The translations under genes were made by a program, and so were the position numbers. The notes under the pieces were generated by a model, which did no database searches, was not told the DNA's origin, and saw nothing but the letters and a program-made list of their open reading frames with translations. Shown here piece after piece: positions 48,920 to 58,586 of a DNA stretch of 64,000 bases (positions are counted from its first letter, which is position 1; every line of letters begins with the position of its first letter). This stretch comes from Candidatus Krumholzibacteriota bacterium. Its GTDB lineage: Bacteria > Krumholzibacteriota > Krumholzibacteriia > LZORAL124-64-63. Location of the stretch: the NCBI GenBank assembly GCA_024275485.1, contig JAJRZA010000028.1, positions 9,359-73,358 on the forward strand. Direction: 5' to 3'.

Positions 48920-51613
48920 TCATTCCACTTCGTATTGGAAACTTCCGCCGTCGTCGACGGAGACCTTCACCCGACTGCAGGATTCACCCTCGGCCATGCG
49001 CGCCAGGAACTCCCTGGAAATTTCGGGCAAAAGGCTGCGGGTCAGAATATGGTCGATGTTTCTGGCGCCGCTGGCAGGGTCGGTGCACAACTTTACCACT
49101 CCAGCGAGCAGATGCTCGTCGTAAACCATCTGCGCTCCATGATTGGCCGCCATGCGTTTGCGGATCTTGTTCAGCATCAGCTCCACGATCTTGGTCATGG
49201 CTTCACCCTGAAGCGGGAAGTAGGGAACGGTGATCATCCGCCCCAGAAGAGCCGCCGGGAAGGCCTTCAAAAGCTCGGGTTTGAGGGCTTCGGCCAGGCC
49301 CTGGGTTTCCGGAATGGTATCCGGGTCGTCGCATAGGGCCATGGTCGTATCGGTGCCGACGTTGCTGGTCAACAGGATCACCGTATTCTTGAAATCGATC
49401 TGCCGACCCTCGCCGTCCTCAAGCAAACCCTTGTCGAAGACCTGGAAAAACAACTCCATGACATCGGGATGGGCCTTCTCTACCTCATCCAACAAAACCA
49501 CCGAATAGGGTCGACGGCGAACGGCTTCGGTCAAGACCCCGCCTTCACCGTAGCCAACGTACCCTGGAGGCGAGCCCTTCAGGCTGGACACGGTGTGGGA
49601 TTCCTGGTATTCGGACATGTTGATGGTGATCAGATTCCGCTCGCCGCCGTACAGGGTTTCGGCCAGGGCCAAGGCTGTCTCGGTTTTTCCCACACCGCTG
49701 GGTCCAACCAAAAGGAAAACTCCGATGGGCCGTTCCGGATTGTCCAGGTTGGCATGACTGGTGCGGATGCGCTGGGCGATGGCTTCCAGGGCGTGATCCT
49801 GACCGATGACCCTGGCCTGCAGTCGGCCGGCCAGGTCCAAAACGGTTTGAATCTCGTCGGCCAGCATTCGACCAACCGGAATGCCGGTCCAGCTGCCAAT
49901 AACTTCGGCCACCACCTGGCCTCCGACCTCGTATTGCACAAGGGGGGTTTCCCCCTGCAACTCGTTCATTTCCGTCTGAAATGTTCTCAGCTGCTTGCGC
50001 AGGTCTTCAAGAGCTGCATCCGAAAGGGGCTCGGGTGGCTCTTCTTCATCTTCGTCATTTTCAACAGGAAGATGACCAGTTGCCTGCTCCAGTTTTCCAC
50101 GAACCTCCACGATTTTTCCTACCAATTCCATCTCGTCCTGCCAGCGCTTTTCCAGGGTCTCCAGTGCAGATTGATCCGCCTCCTGCTCCCTGGCCAGTAC
50201 ATCCAGTCTTTCGGCGTGTTCCATGCCCAAGGCCACTTCCCGTTCCAGAACCCGTTCTTCAACCAGAATGCTGTCCAGACGGCGCCGCATATCCTCCACC
50301 GCTGCCGGTGTTGCGTGAATACCGATCCCCACCCGGGCGCAGGCCGTATCCAGCACACTCACCGACTTGTCGGGCAATTGCCGGGCCGGGATATAACGAT
50401 GACTCAGGCGAACCGACGCATGCACCGCATCATCGAGAATGCGGACACCATGATGCTGTTCCAATTTGACTGCCACTGCCCGCATGATCTTGATGGCTGC
50501 GTCCTCGTCAGGCTCCTCGATTTTGACCACTTGGAACCGACGGGTCAGCGCCGGGTCCTTCTCGAAATATTTTTTGTATTCCGCCCAGGTTGTGGCTGCC
50601 ACGGTGCGAAGTTCTCCCCTGGCCAGGGCAGGTTTGAGCAGGTTGGCCGCATCATTTTGCCCTTCGGTTCCACCGGCCCCGATCAAGGTGTGGGCTTCGT
50701 CGATGAAAAGGATGATGGGAGTGGCGGACGAACCGACTTCCTGGATGACCTGTTTGAGACGGTTTTCAAACTCACCCTTGACCCCTGCACCAGCCTGAAG
50801 CAGGCCCAGGTCCAGACTGCGCAAGGCCACGTTCTTCATGCTCGCAGGCACGTCTCCAGCAACGATGCGCAAGGCAAACCCCTCGACCACCGCGGTCTTG
50901 CCCACGCCGGCTTCACCCGTCAGGATGGGATTGTTCTGCCGCCGGCGAGTCAGAATGTCGATAATCTGCCGGACCTCTGGATCACGGCCCAGCACCGGAT
51001 CTATGTTGCCGGCCCTGGCCTGGGCCGTCAGGTCGACGGTGAATTGATCCAGGGCCGGGGTGGGGCTGCCGCCCTCGGGTCCGCCTTGGGTATCCAAGTC
51101 GCGGTGGGTGCCCGCATCAGCGGAGAAGACCTCCCGGTCCTCCGGTGAACCCGCCACGATCTTGTTGAAATCGGCCTCCAGGGTGTCGATCATGATGTTC
51201 TTGATCAGACTGCTGGCATCCTGCAGACGGCGGTTCAAGTTACGATCATTGAGTGCGGCCAGAAGCAAATGGCCGGTCCGAACCCTTGATACACCCTGAT
51301 TTATGGATGCCTGCACCCAACCGTCCCTGACCAGATCCTCGATGGTCGGGGCCAGGGAGGGACGACCACCATTGCCGCGTTTGAACTGATCCAGGGCCAG
51401 TTCCAGATCGCGCAGGAAACGGTCTGGGGCAATTTCGAAATGACGCAGGATGCGGGGCAAATCGCCGTCGGCGGTGTCCAGGGCCTTGGCAAACCAATGC
51501 TCCATGTCCACCTCGTAATTGGTCCTGGCCAGGCACAACCCGGCTGCTCCTTCAAGATTGCGTCGCGCGGTGTCAGTAAGCTTACCAATCAGTGATTTGA
51601 GATCGAGCCCCAT
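48920..51613 (-). CDS. clpV: T6SS AAA+ ATPase ClpV (TssH)
   Basis: ClpB-like N-domain, two AAA modules (GEAGVGKTAVVEG and GPSGVGKTETA), 897 aa. Confidence 0.9.
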   Translation of the reverse strand: MGLDLKSLIGKLTDTARRNLEGAAGLCLARTNYEVDMEHWFAKALDTADGDLPRILRHFEIAPDRFLRDLELALDQFKRGNGGRPSLAPTIEDLVRDGWVQASINQGVSRVRTGHLLLAALNDRNLNRRLQDASSLIKNIMIDTLEADFNKIVAGSPEDREVFSADAGTHRDLDTQGGPEGGSPTPALDQFTVDLTAQARAGNIDPVLGRDPEVRQIIDILTRRRQNNPILTGEAGVGKTAVVEGFALRIVAGDVPASMKNVALRSLDLGLLQAGAGVKGEFENRLKQVIQEVGSSATPIILFIDEAHTLIGAGGTEGQNDAANLLKPALARGELRTVAATTWAEYKKYFEKDPALTRRFQVVKIEEPDEDAAIKIMRAVAVKLEQHHGVRILDDAVHASVRLSHRYIPARQLPDKSVSVLDTACARVGIGIHATPAAVEDMRRRLDSILVEERVLEREVALGMEHAERLDVLAREQEADQSALETLEKRWQDEMELVGKIVEVRGKLEQATGHLPVENDEDEEEPPEPLSDAALEDLRKQLRTFQTEMNELQGETPLVQYEVGGQVVAEVIGSWTGIPVGRMLADEIQTVLDLAGRLQARVIGQDHALEAIAQRIRTSHANLDNPERPIGVFLLVGPSGVGKTETALALAETLYGGERNLITINMSEYQESHTVSSLKGSPPGYVGYGEGGVLTEAVRRRPYSVVLLDEVEKAHPDVMELFFQVFDKGLLEDGEGRQIDFKNTVILLTSNVGTDTTMALCDDPDTIPETQGLAEALKPELLKAFPAALLGRMITVPYFPLQGEAMTKIVELMLNKIRKRMAANHGAQMVYDEHLLAGVVKLCTDPASGARNIDHILTRSLLPEISREFLARMAEGESCSRVKVSVDDGGSFQYEVE

Positions 51614-51652
51614 GGTATCTACCCTCCGTTTTCCTCTTCAAGTTTAAAAAAA

Positions 51653-52720
51653 TCAAGCCGACGATGGAGCATCCCTACCCATGATCTCGCCGTCTACAAC
51701 AACATCTGAAGGATCCTCCGCCAAATTATCACAATGCAACCAGGTCGTCCATCCGAGCCGGGGAGCCTCCTGTTCACCCGCCGAGCCCAGGCACAGGCCA
51801 GGGGCATCGGAGGCCTTCAGGATCAATTGGCAATCAAAATCGAATTCGGGTCCCACGGATAAGGCCGTCATCTCGGCCAGAGGCCTGGCGCCACATCCGG
51901 TGGGCAGGAATTCCTGGAACTTGGACCAACTCAAAGGGCCCAGTTTCAGCCGAATACGGGACTGGGCCAGACGCACCTGTCGACCCAGGTGGATATCAAG
52001 GCCCAGCCCGCAAGAAGAGACCCCCAACCGACACCGCTCGGAATCTTCGATGGTGTACCACCAGGGAAAGAACTGCTGAACTTTGACTGGAATCTGGAAA
52101 TAATTGCGGATTAGCTCAGCCAATCCCGCTGCCGAAATGGCGCGCCCCCGGACCGCGTACGCCCGCGCCAACAGGGCCTGCTCATCAACCTTGAGTTGGT
52201 CGGTCAATTTCCCGGACCCCAATCCCATCAGGGCAAAAACGGCCTTCTCGAAGATGCCCGTTTTGCCGACCGGTGAACGTTCATAGGCCACCGCAAAACG
52301 GTATTTTTCCCAGGCACGATAGAAAAGGGAAGCCAGACGATGGTTGAAAAGATCCAAAAAGCGGGACAGGGCAAAGTCCTTGTTCCGCTCCTGAGCCAAA
52401 ATCATTTCGGAATAAGACAGGGGCAGGGATCCATAGCTGACAGGCGAGGCCACTCCCATAAAGGCGATGGTCATTTCAGATGATTGATCTTCGTCTTCCC
52501 CGAGTTTGATATCCACCACATCACTGGGAGGAAAGCCAAGCGAAACGTGGCTTTTGAATTTGACTACCTCCTGTCTTGGATCGTCCCCGGTGCCCACCAT
52601 CTCACAGTTCGGGCATTGCCGCTGCAGCAAGCGAACCGCTTGAAAGAAGTCGAACTTGTATCCCTTGTCCCGCAGCAGCCTGGTCAGACCAGGGGCGTTT
52701 CGCCGGCGCGTGGTGGCCAT
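51653..52720 (-). CDS. tssG: T6SS baseplate protein TssG
   Basis: FDFFQAVRLLQR...RFKSHVSLGFPPSDV N-terminal signature. Start taken at MATTRRR. Confidence 0.8.
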   Translation of the reverse strand: MATTRRRNAPGLTRLLRDKGYKFDFFQAVRLLQRQCPNCEMVGTGDDPRQEVVKFKSHVSLGFPPSDVVDIKLGEDEDQSSEMTIAFMGVASPVSYGSLPLSYSEMILAQERNKDFALSRFLDLFNHRLASLFYRAWEKYRFAVAYERSPVGKTGIFEKAVFALMGLGSGKLTDQLKVDEQALLARAYAVRGRAISAAGLAELIRNYFQIPVKVQQFFPWWYTIEDSERCRLGVSSCGLGLDIHLGRQVRLAQSRIRLKLGPLSWSKFQEFLPTGCGARPLAEMTALSVGPEFDFDCQLILKASDAPGLCLGSAGEQEAPRLGWTTWLHCDNLAEDPSDVVVDGEIMGRDAPSSA

Positions 52721-54546
52721 CGCTTCAACACCTCCTGTCGTTGCCTGACTTCGGCAACAGTCTGGGTGAAGGAGTTGAGGGAAGTATAATGGGACAGGAA
52801 TCGCTCCAGAACCGATGCAAAAAGAAATACCCCGCTGCCCGCGAATCTGGCCTCGTCCAACTCCAGGGTTACCTCGATTCCCCGGGTCAGGAGCCGACCT
52901 TCCGGTACGCTGATTTGCCGCAACACGCCCCGCCATTTCAAACCCACAAGGCCGTTGATCCGTTGGCGTGTCACCGGTGTGTCGGAGAAGTCCAACAGTG
53001 AAAGCATCTCGCGGAATGCCACCGGGCCATCACCCTGGCGGCCGCCCCTTGATTCCAGCAAGGAAAGGTGGTTCAAGCTGAGCAGGGAAATTAGCCGCCA
53101 AAAAGTATCTCCCCCCAGAGGCAATCTCAGCACCGCCGTGGGTTTGCGCAAAGTATTGATCCGGGCCACACCGGGCTGCCCTTCGATCCTGAAATCGCCA
53201 CCCCGATTGCCCATGGGCAACAATTCGGGCAACTCCCGGTTGCTGCACAGGGTCTTGATCATCAAGGTTTCCCCGGGGATTTCGTGAAGCTCCTCTCCTT
53301 GCCCGCCAACCAGGGTCAGATGCAGTTCCGACCCGGAATCACCTTTTACTCCGGATGGTTGGCGCGAGGCCTGCCAAAAAGCCACTGCGTCATCGCTGCC
53401 GTCTCCGTGTCGCAGAGCAAAAAACGGGCGGTATTCCCGGGTCTGGCCCGAGTTTGGATCCACCGTCTCCACCTTGAGAATGGAATTGACTTCGAATCCA
53501 AGGGGATGGTGACCATCAGGAACCACACGATATTCACTGCGGGTGTGCTCGAGAATCAGGGGGTCGGCGGTGTGGGGAAAAAGATTCACCGCGGGAGTGC
53601 AACCCAGTTTCAGGTTCTCGACTCCCAATCTGGATTCCAATTCCAGGGGCAGTTTGTCCAGGAGGATCAGGATTTCCATTTCCCGGCCAATGCCGGCCAG
53701 GGCCTTGCTTTCCAATCCCGCCAGGTCAGCGAACAAGAACTTGTCCGGGAAACAGAAATACTCTTGAAGCAGACGATGCCCCAGATGGCCGGATCCACCG
53801 TATTCGAGCATACCCTCATGGGCGTCAAAACCAACTGGCCGAATATGATCCGGAGGCAAGAAGGTGCCACTGGACCCCACCCGCGAAGCCTCGGGATCAC
53901 TGTGGCGAGCCCGCACGATCATGCCCAGGGGATTGCGGAAGAACAGCTCGTAAAGTTTGTGGGCTGTGGTCGCGTTGCCGTCGAAGAAGAAACGCAGGAA
54001 CTTCAAGGCCAAGGCCGAAAATGGATGCCCCCCCCGCGTTTCGAGTTGGATGCGGATGGCTGCCACCGCGTCATCAGGACACAGGGGACTTCCCTTGTCC
54101 AGGGAGATGACATCAACTGCGGACACTTTCACTGGCCACAGCGTAACAGGAAAGCAGGTGCGGAACCGGCATCGAACCCCACCTACGGCTGGAGTATGCA
54201 GTTGGCTGTGATGGGAAATGGTCATGCCGTTGGTATCTTCGGCCCGGTCGGGGTCAGCTTCCATTTGCACGATTGTCATGGATGGAACCGGAGCCAGATA
54301 GTGTGGCTGCAGCAGGGAAAGGAAAGCGCCGGTAATTTCGGGAAAGTCGTCGTCCAGGCGCATTTGCACCCTTGCCGTGAGCATGGCGAAGGCTTCGATC
54401 AATCTTTCAACGTGGGGATCTTCGCACTTGTCGGGCTCAATCAGAAGCTGTCCGGCGATGGCCGGATAGCTCTCGGCGAAATCCCCCATCTCCCGGCGGA
54501 TAAATCTGAGTTCCCGTTCGTAATAGTGTAGTAGTTCGTCACGCAT
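52684..54546 (-). CDS. tssF: T6SS baseplate protein TssF
   Basis: MRDELLHYYERELRFIRREMGDFAESYP...LQPHYLAPVP N-terminal signature. 620 aa. Confidence 0.85.
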   Translation of the reverse strand: MRDELLHYYERELRFIRREMGDFAESYPAIAGQLLIEPDKCEDPHVERLIEAFAMLTARVQMRLDDDFPEITGAFLSLLQPHYLAPVPSMTIVQMEADPDRAEDTNGMTISHHSQLHTPAVGGVRCRFRTCFPVTLWPVKVSAVDVISLDKGSPLCPDDAVAAIRIQLETRGGHPFSALALKFLRFFFDGNATTAHKLYELFFRNPLGMIVRARHSDPEASRVGSSGTFLPPDHIRPVGFDAHEGMLEYGGSGHLGHRLLQEYFCFPDKFLFADLAGLESKALAGIGREMEILILLDKLPLELESRLGVENLKLGCTPAVNLFPHTADPLILEHTRSEYRVVPDGHHPLGFEVNSILKVETVDPNSGQTREYRPFFALRHGDGSDDAVAFWQASRQPSGVKGDSGSELHLTLVGGQGEELHEIPGETLMIKTLCSNRELPELLPMGNRGGDFRIEGQPGVARINTLRKPTAVLRLPLGGDTFWRLISLLSLNHLSLLESRGGRQGDGPVAFREMLSLLDFSDTPVTRQRINGLVGLKWRGVLRQISVPEGRLLTRGIEVTLELDEARFAGSGVFLFASVLERFLSHYTSLNSFTQTVAEVRQRQEVLKRWPPRAGETPLV

Positions 54547-54547
54547 G

Positions 54548-55036
54548 TCATTCCGCTGTGGTGATCGCTATGGCCCCGCTGTCCATCTCGATATGGGTAT
54601 CAAATGAGACAGGAACCCGCACCGGGTCCACATGCAAGATGCCTCGAATACGGAACTGGGCTTGCAGGCCCTTCATTTTTTCGCTGGCGATGTGATCCAC
54701 CATCACGGAGCGTGGCTCCAGGCGGGGTTCAAAACGCCGCACCGCCTCCTGGATCAGGCCGCAGATGTTACCGCAATCATCCCCGCTGGCAGCGGAGAAC
54801 TGGGAAAAATCCGGAATCCCGTAATTGAGTATGGAAGACCGGGCCTCGGGAAAGTCGTCAACAACCATGTTCAGGGGCCGTTTGGTATTGAGCAGCCATT
54901 CGATGTCTCTCAGAACGGCAAACTTGAGGTCCTCCACACTGATGCGCAAGTCTCCAACGGCCCGGTGACCACCGGTGCCCGCCAGACGGTCCAGGACCGA
55001 ATGACGCAATACTTCCCTGGAATCATGACCCGCCAA
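54548..55036 (-). CDS. tssE: T6SS baseplate protein TssE (gp25-like)
   Basis: SVLDRLAG...LRDIEWLLNTKRPL pattern of GPW/gp25 family, 162 aa. Confidence 0.8.
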   Translation of the reverse strand: MAGHDSREVLRHSVLDRLAGTGGHRAVGDLRISVEDLKFAVLRDIEWLLNTKRPLNMVVDDFPEARSSILNYGIPDFSQFSAASGDDCGNICGLIQEAVRRFEPRLEPRSVMVDHIASEKMKGLQAQFRIRGILHVDPVRVPVSFDTHIEMDSGAIAITTAE

Positions 55037-55076
55037 AATGGACCCCTAATTTCCTATCCGGACAATCCGGACCACA

Positions 55077-55901
55077 CTATGGTTTTTGGTTTTCGGCTTC
55101 ATCAAACGAGAGGTCACGCAAAGCCAGGATGGGTAGCTCCTGCACCTGCCCTTCAGCGTCCTGCCAGGCCAAAATCCGTTGTCCGCAGCCACGGAATATT
55201 TCGTCTCCCTGATCAATCCATTCGGTGATCGCTCCGGTGGTGCAACGCGGATCCTCGCCTTCGGCACTGCCCACGTAAAGAGCAGGAATATGCACCGAGG
55301 ATTCCACACCCTTCAGGTCGGTCAGCCTTGCGGGGATCCACAACAAGTCAAGAAGGTGCCCGGGAGCGTCCATTTCCAGTCTTCTGATCCGCTCAAAGGG
55401 CAGCAAAACGTGGCGGCCTCCAGCAAAGATCTCCAACACCGAACCGAGGGAATCGTCCAGATCACGCAATGCGGTGAATGGTTTTCCGTTGATCTCACCG
55501 GTCAATTCCGGTTGGGCATCAATGGCCTGCTCTATGGTAGCGGCAGCGGGCTCCGCATTGTCTCCACCGGCAGCTTTCAGAGCAACCAACCGCAATTGAA
55601 GGTGCTCCGGTGGATTCGGAGGCAAGAGCGGATCAGCACCGTTGCCATAAACCGCACGCCTTTCCTGCTCCGCAGCCAACAGGTTTATGTAGACGGCCTT
55701 GGCCCGCTCCAGTTGTTCATCTCCGACACCCAGGGCGCCCAGTTGACGCCTGGCCCGGTGCAAATCACCACTGAAGGCGACCAAGGCGAAGAGCCGATAA
55801 CGGCTCTCCGCGTCGGTCGGTTTGGCCTTGACTGAAGCGATGGCCTCGGCAATGGCGATTTCCAAATCACCGCTGCCAAGAACTTCTTTCAGGTCGCTCA
55901 A
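55077..55901 (-). CDS. tagJ: T6SS accessory protein TagJ (ImpE family)
   Basis: TPR-like N-terminus and GKPF..L.D.D..LG.VLE....GR...LPFERI.RL......LLDLLWIPARL pattern recalled for ImpE/TagJ. Confidence 0.6.
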   Translation of the reverse strand: MSDLKEVLGSGDLEIAIAEAIASVKAKPTDAESRYRLFALVAFSGDLHRARRQLGALGVGDEQLERAKAVYINLLAAEQERRAVYGNGADPLLPPNPPEHLQLRLVALKAAGGDNAEPAAATIEQAIDAQPELTGEINGKPFTALRDLDDSLGSVLEIFAGGRHVLLPFERIRRLEMDAPGHLLDLLWIPARLTDLKGVESSVHIPALYVGSAEGEDPRCTTGAITEWIDQGDEIFRGCGQRILAWQDAEGQVQELPILALRDLSFDEAENQKP

Positions 55902-55903
55902 CC

Positions 55904-56398
55904 CTAAACCTCAGCTTCGTTGGTCACCCGGTTCCAGGAACCGACGTTTTGACCAGCTTCCGAAGTCCAGGTCCACTCGATACTGTCGTACTGGATGCCG
56001 AAGGTTTCATGGACCAGGGCATTTTCATCATTGCTCTCATGGGTGATGGTCTGGATGTCGATACCACGCATGTGGTACTGCATGTAGACGACCTTTTCGG
56101 TAGCTTCCGACGCAATCTCCGTCCCTGTAGCCTTGACCAGCTTCAGGATGGCCTCGTTGCGTTTGGCACCGCTGCTGCACATTTCCAGGAGCCAGGGCGA
56201 GCCCTTGTCAATGCGCTTGGTCAGCATCATGGAACCATGTTCGGAGCGGCCGGACGCCCCAGCACCCGCCATGCTCCGGGACTTGGTCACTTCCTGTTTG
56301 ATCAGATGGCTGAATTTACTGATCTCGAAATGTCCCTCAAAACCCGAAGAAGTACTATCCCCTTCCAAGTCTTCGATAAACAGATAAGCATCAAACAT
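55904..56398 (-). CDS. hcp: T6SS tube protein Hcp (TssD)
   Basis: MFDAYLFIEDLEGDST...DKGSPWLLEMCSSG pattern of Hcp1 family, 164 aa. Confidence 0.85.
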   Translation of the reverse strand: MFDAYLFIEDLEGDSTSSGFEGHFEISKFSHLIKQEVTKSRSMAGAGASGRSEHGSMMLTKRIDKGSPWLLEMCSSGAKRNEAILKLVKATGTEIASEATEKVVYMQYHMRGIDIQTITHESNDENALVHETFGIQYDSIEWTWTSEAGQNVGSWNRVTNEAEV

Positions 56399-56546
56399 TT
56401 CATTCTCCTTTTCTCATTTTGGGTCACCTCGCCACCAAAATTCTCATTGGCTAAACCAAACTGACCCACTCCCTACCAACAAATGATATTTCCGTCTTAT
56501 GTGATCCGCATCTTGTCCGGTTCCTCAACAAGGCCTGGCTCCAGAA

Positions 56547-58049
56547 TTACTTGGCGCCTGCAGGAAGATCGGCAACCAACCGAAGCGAAACATTCAACTC
56601 TTCAAGCTGGAAATGCGGTTTCAAGTGGGCCACCGCCCGGTAGCTCCCCGGGCTGGCTTTGTCCTCCGTCACCACGATTTGGGCCGCACGCAAGGGATAC
56701 TTTGCCTTGAGTTCCTGGGATGCGTTGTCCTGGTCCAGCACATAATTGGTGATCCACTTGTTCAGAAAATTTTCCACCTGGGAGCGGGACGCGAACGAGC
56801 CGATTTTGTCCCGGCAGATGGCCTTCAGGTAGTGGGCAATTCGGGATGTGGCCATCAGGTACTGGATCTTTCGGGAAAGATCCGCATTGGCCGTGGCATC
56901 GTCCTCCTGGTATTTCTTGGGTCGCTGCACCGAGTTGGCGCCAAAAAAGGCAGCGTAGTCGGTGTTTTTGCAGTGGATCAGGGGGATGAAGCCCATATCC
57001 GACAATTCTTTTTCCCGAGTATCGGGAATCAGAACCTCGGTGGGACACTTGGCCCCCACATCGCCTTCACGGGTCTTGAAGGTGTGAATGGGCAGTCCTT
57101 CGACCAGTCCGCCACCCTCGGGACCACGAATGGCCACGCACCAGTGGTGCTTGGAAAAGGCTGAAGTCAGCCTGCTGGTAAAAGAATAGGCTGCACTGGT
57201 CCACAGGTACTTGTCGTGTTCGGCGCCATCCACATCTTCCTCGAAATTGAAGTCCTCCACCGGAACGGTGGCCTGTCCGTAAGGTAAGCGACCCAGGACA
57301 TGAGGCACCGTCAGGCATACGAAACGGGAGTCTTCCGAATCCCGGAACGAAAGCCACTTGGTATTCTCGGGATTGCTCTTGTCGAAGACCTTGGCCAGAT
57401 CCCGGGGATTCGGCATATCGGTGAAACTCTCCAGACCGAACATCTCGTGGCTGGCTGCCGAAACAAACGGCGCGTGGGCCGCAGCCGCCACATGCGATAC
57501 GTGTTCCAGAAGTTCGATATCCTGGGGACCGCGTCCGAACTCGTAGTCGCCCACCAGGGTTCCGAAGGGATCGCCACCGTACTGGCCAAACTCGCTCTCG
57601 TAGATCGCCTTCCAAAGAGCACTCTCGGTGAATTCGGAGGCTGACTGGAAATCCCGCAGCATTTCCTTCTTGTTGAGATTCATGACCCGAACCTTCATGG
57701 ACTCACCGGTCTCCGCCCCCATGACCATCTGGTTCAGGCCGCGCCAGGAAGCCTCCAGTTTCTGGAAATCCTTGTGATGCATGATGGCATTCACTTGCTT
57801 GGACAGCAGATGGTCGATGGCGGCGATGCGTTGGTTGATGGTCACGTTGATGTTTTTGGCCACTACCGTGCCGGGATCCAGCAACTGTTCCACCAGGTTT
57901 TTTATCAAATCCTGGCCATACTCCTTGCTGGCATCGTCCCGGGGCTTGATGCCCGTTTCAAGCATTTCAGCGAGCATATCACCGCCTTCAAGTTCAATAA
58001 CCTCGCTGAGGGGTTTGTCCTTGCGCTTCTTGGGATTTGCCATGGTCAA
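56547..58049 (-). CDS. tssC: T6SS sheath large subunit TssC (VipB)
   Basis: 500 aa with TssC conserved regions. 4-nt overlap with tssB. Confidence 0.9.
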   Translation of the reverse strand: MTMANPKKRKDKPLSEVIELEGGDMLAEMLETGIKPRDDASKEYGQDLIKNLVEQLLDPGTVVAKNINVTINQRIAAIDHLLSKQVNAIMHHKDFQKLEASWRGLNQMVMGAETGESMKVRVMNLNKKEMLRDFQSASEFTESALWKAIYESEFGQYGGDPFGTLVGDYEFGRGPQDIELLEHVSHVAAAAHAPFVSAASHEMFGLESFTDMPNPRDLAKVFDKSNPENTKWLSFRDSEDSRFVCLTVPHVLGRLPYGQATVPVEDFNFEEDVDGAEHDKYLWTSAAYSFTSRLTSAFSKHHWCVAIRGPEGGGLVEGLPIHTFKTREGDVGAKCPTEVLIPDTREKELSDMGFIPLIHCKNTDYAAFFGANSVQRPKKYQEDDATANADLSRKIQYLMATSRIAHYLKAICRDKIGSFASRSQVENFLNKWITNYVLDQDNASQELKAKYPLRAAQIVVTEDKASPGSYRAVAHLKPHFQLEELNVSLRLVADLPAGAK

Positions 58050-58573
58050 TCACCCTCCTTGCTTCCGCCGGGTGCATCCGCCCCAAGCACGTCCTTCAAC
58101 TTGTCGCGCATCTCGGAGTTTTCCATGATGGCGTTGAGCAGTTCTTCCAGACGATCGTTGCCTTCGGTCTTGCTGAGAAGGGCTTTGAGCTTGCCTCGTA
58201 CTTCGAGCAAATCATTCAAGGGGCCCACCTGTTTGGCCACATTCTCAGGTGAGAAATCAGCCATGTTTTTGAAATTCAGTTCGACCGAAAGTTCAGTGTC
58301 GTCGTCGGTTAGTTTGTTGTCCACCTTGTAAGCCAACCTCGGCTTCATGCTCTTGAGAACATCATCGAAGTTATCCCTGTCTATCTCGGTGAACTTTCGA
58401 TCCTTTGGCTTGGGCAGGGGATCGGCGGGATTGCCCGAAAGGTCGGCCATGACTCCCACAACAAAAGGAAGCTCCTTCATGACCTGGGCACCGTTTAGTT
58501 CCACCTCGTAGGAAATATGCACCCGGGGTGGCCTGATCCGTTCCTTTTTACCAAAAACACTCTCGCTTCCCAT
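58046..58573 (-). CDS. tssB: T6SS sheath small subunit TssB (VipA)
   Basis: RVHISYEVELNGAQVMKELPFVVGVMADLSG signature. 175 aa. Confidence 0.9.
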   Translation of the reverse strand: MGSESVFGKKERIRPPRVHISYEVELNGAQVMKELPFVVGVMADLSGNPADPLPKPKDRKFTEIDRDNFDDVLKSMKPRLAYKVDNKLTDDDTELSVELNFKNMADFSPENVAKQVGPLNDLLEVRGKLKALLSKTEGNDRLEELLNAIMENSEMRDKLKDVLGADAPGGSKEGD

Positions 58574-58586
58574 AGGAATCCTCCCT

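Noticed and set aside
47002-54531. Long plus-strand ORFs (743, 559 and 415 aa) across vgrG, clpV and tssF
   Set aside because: Antisense to strongly supported T6SS genes. Compositionally implausible.
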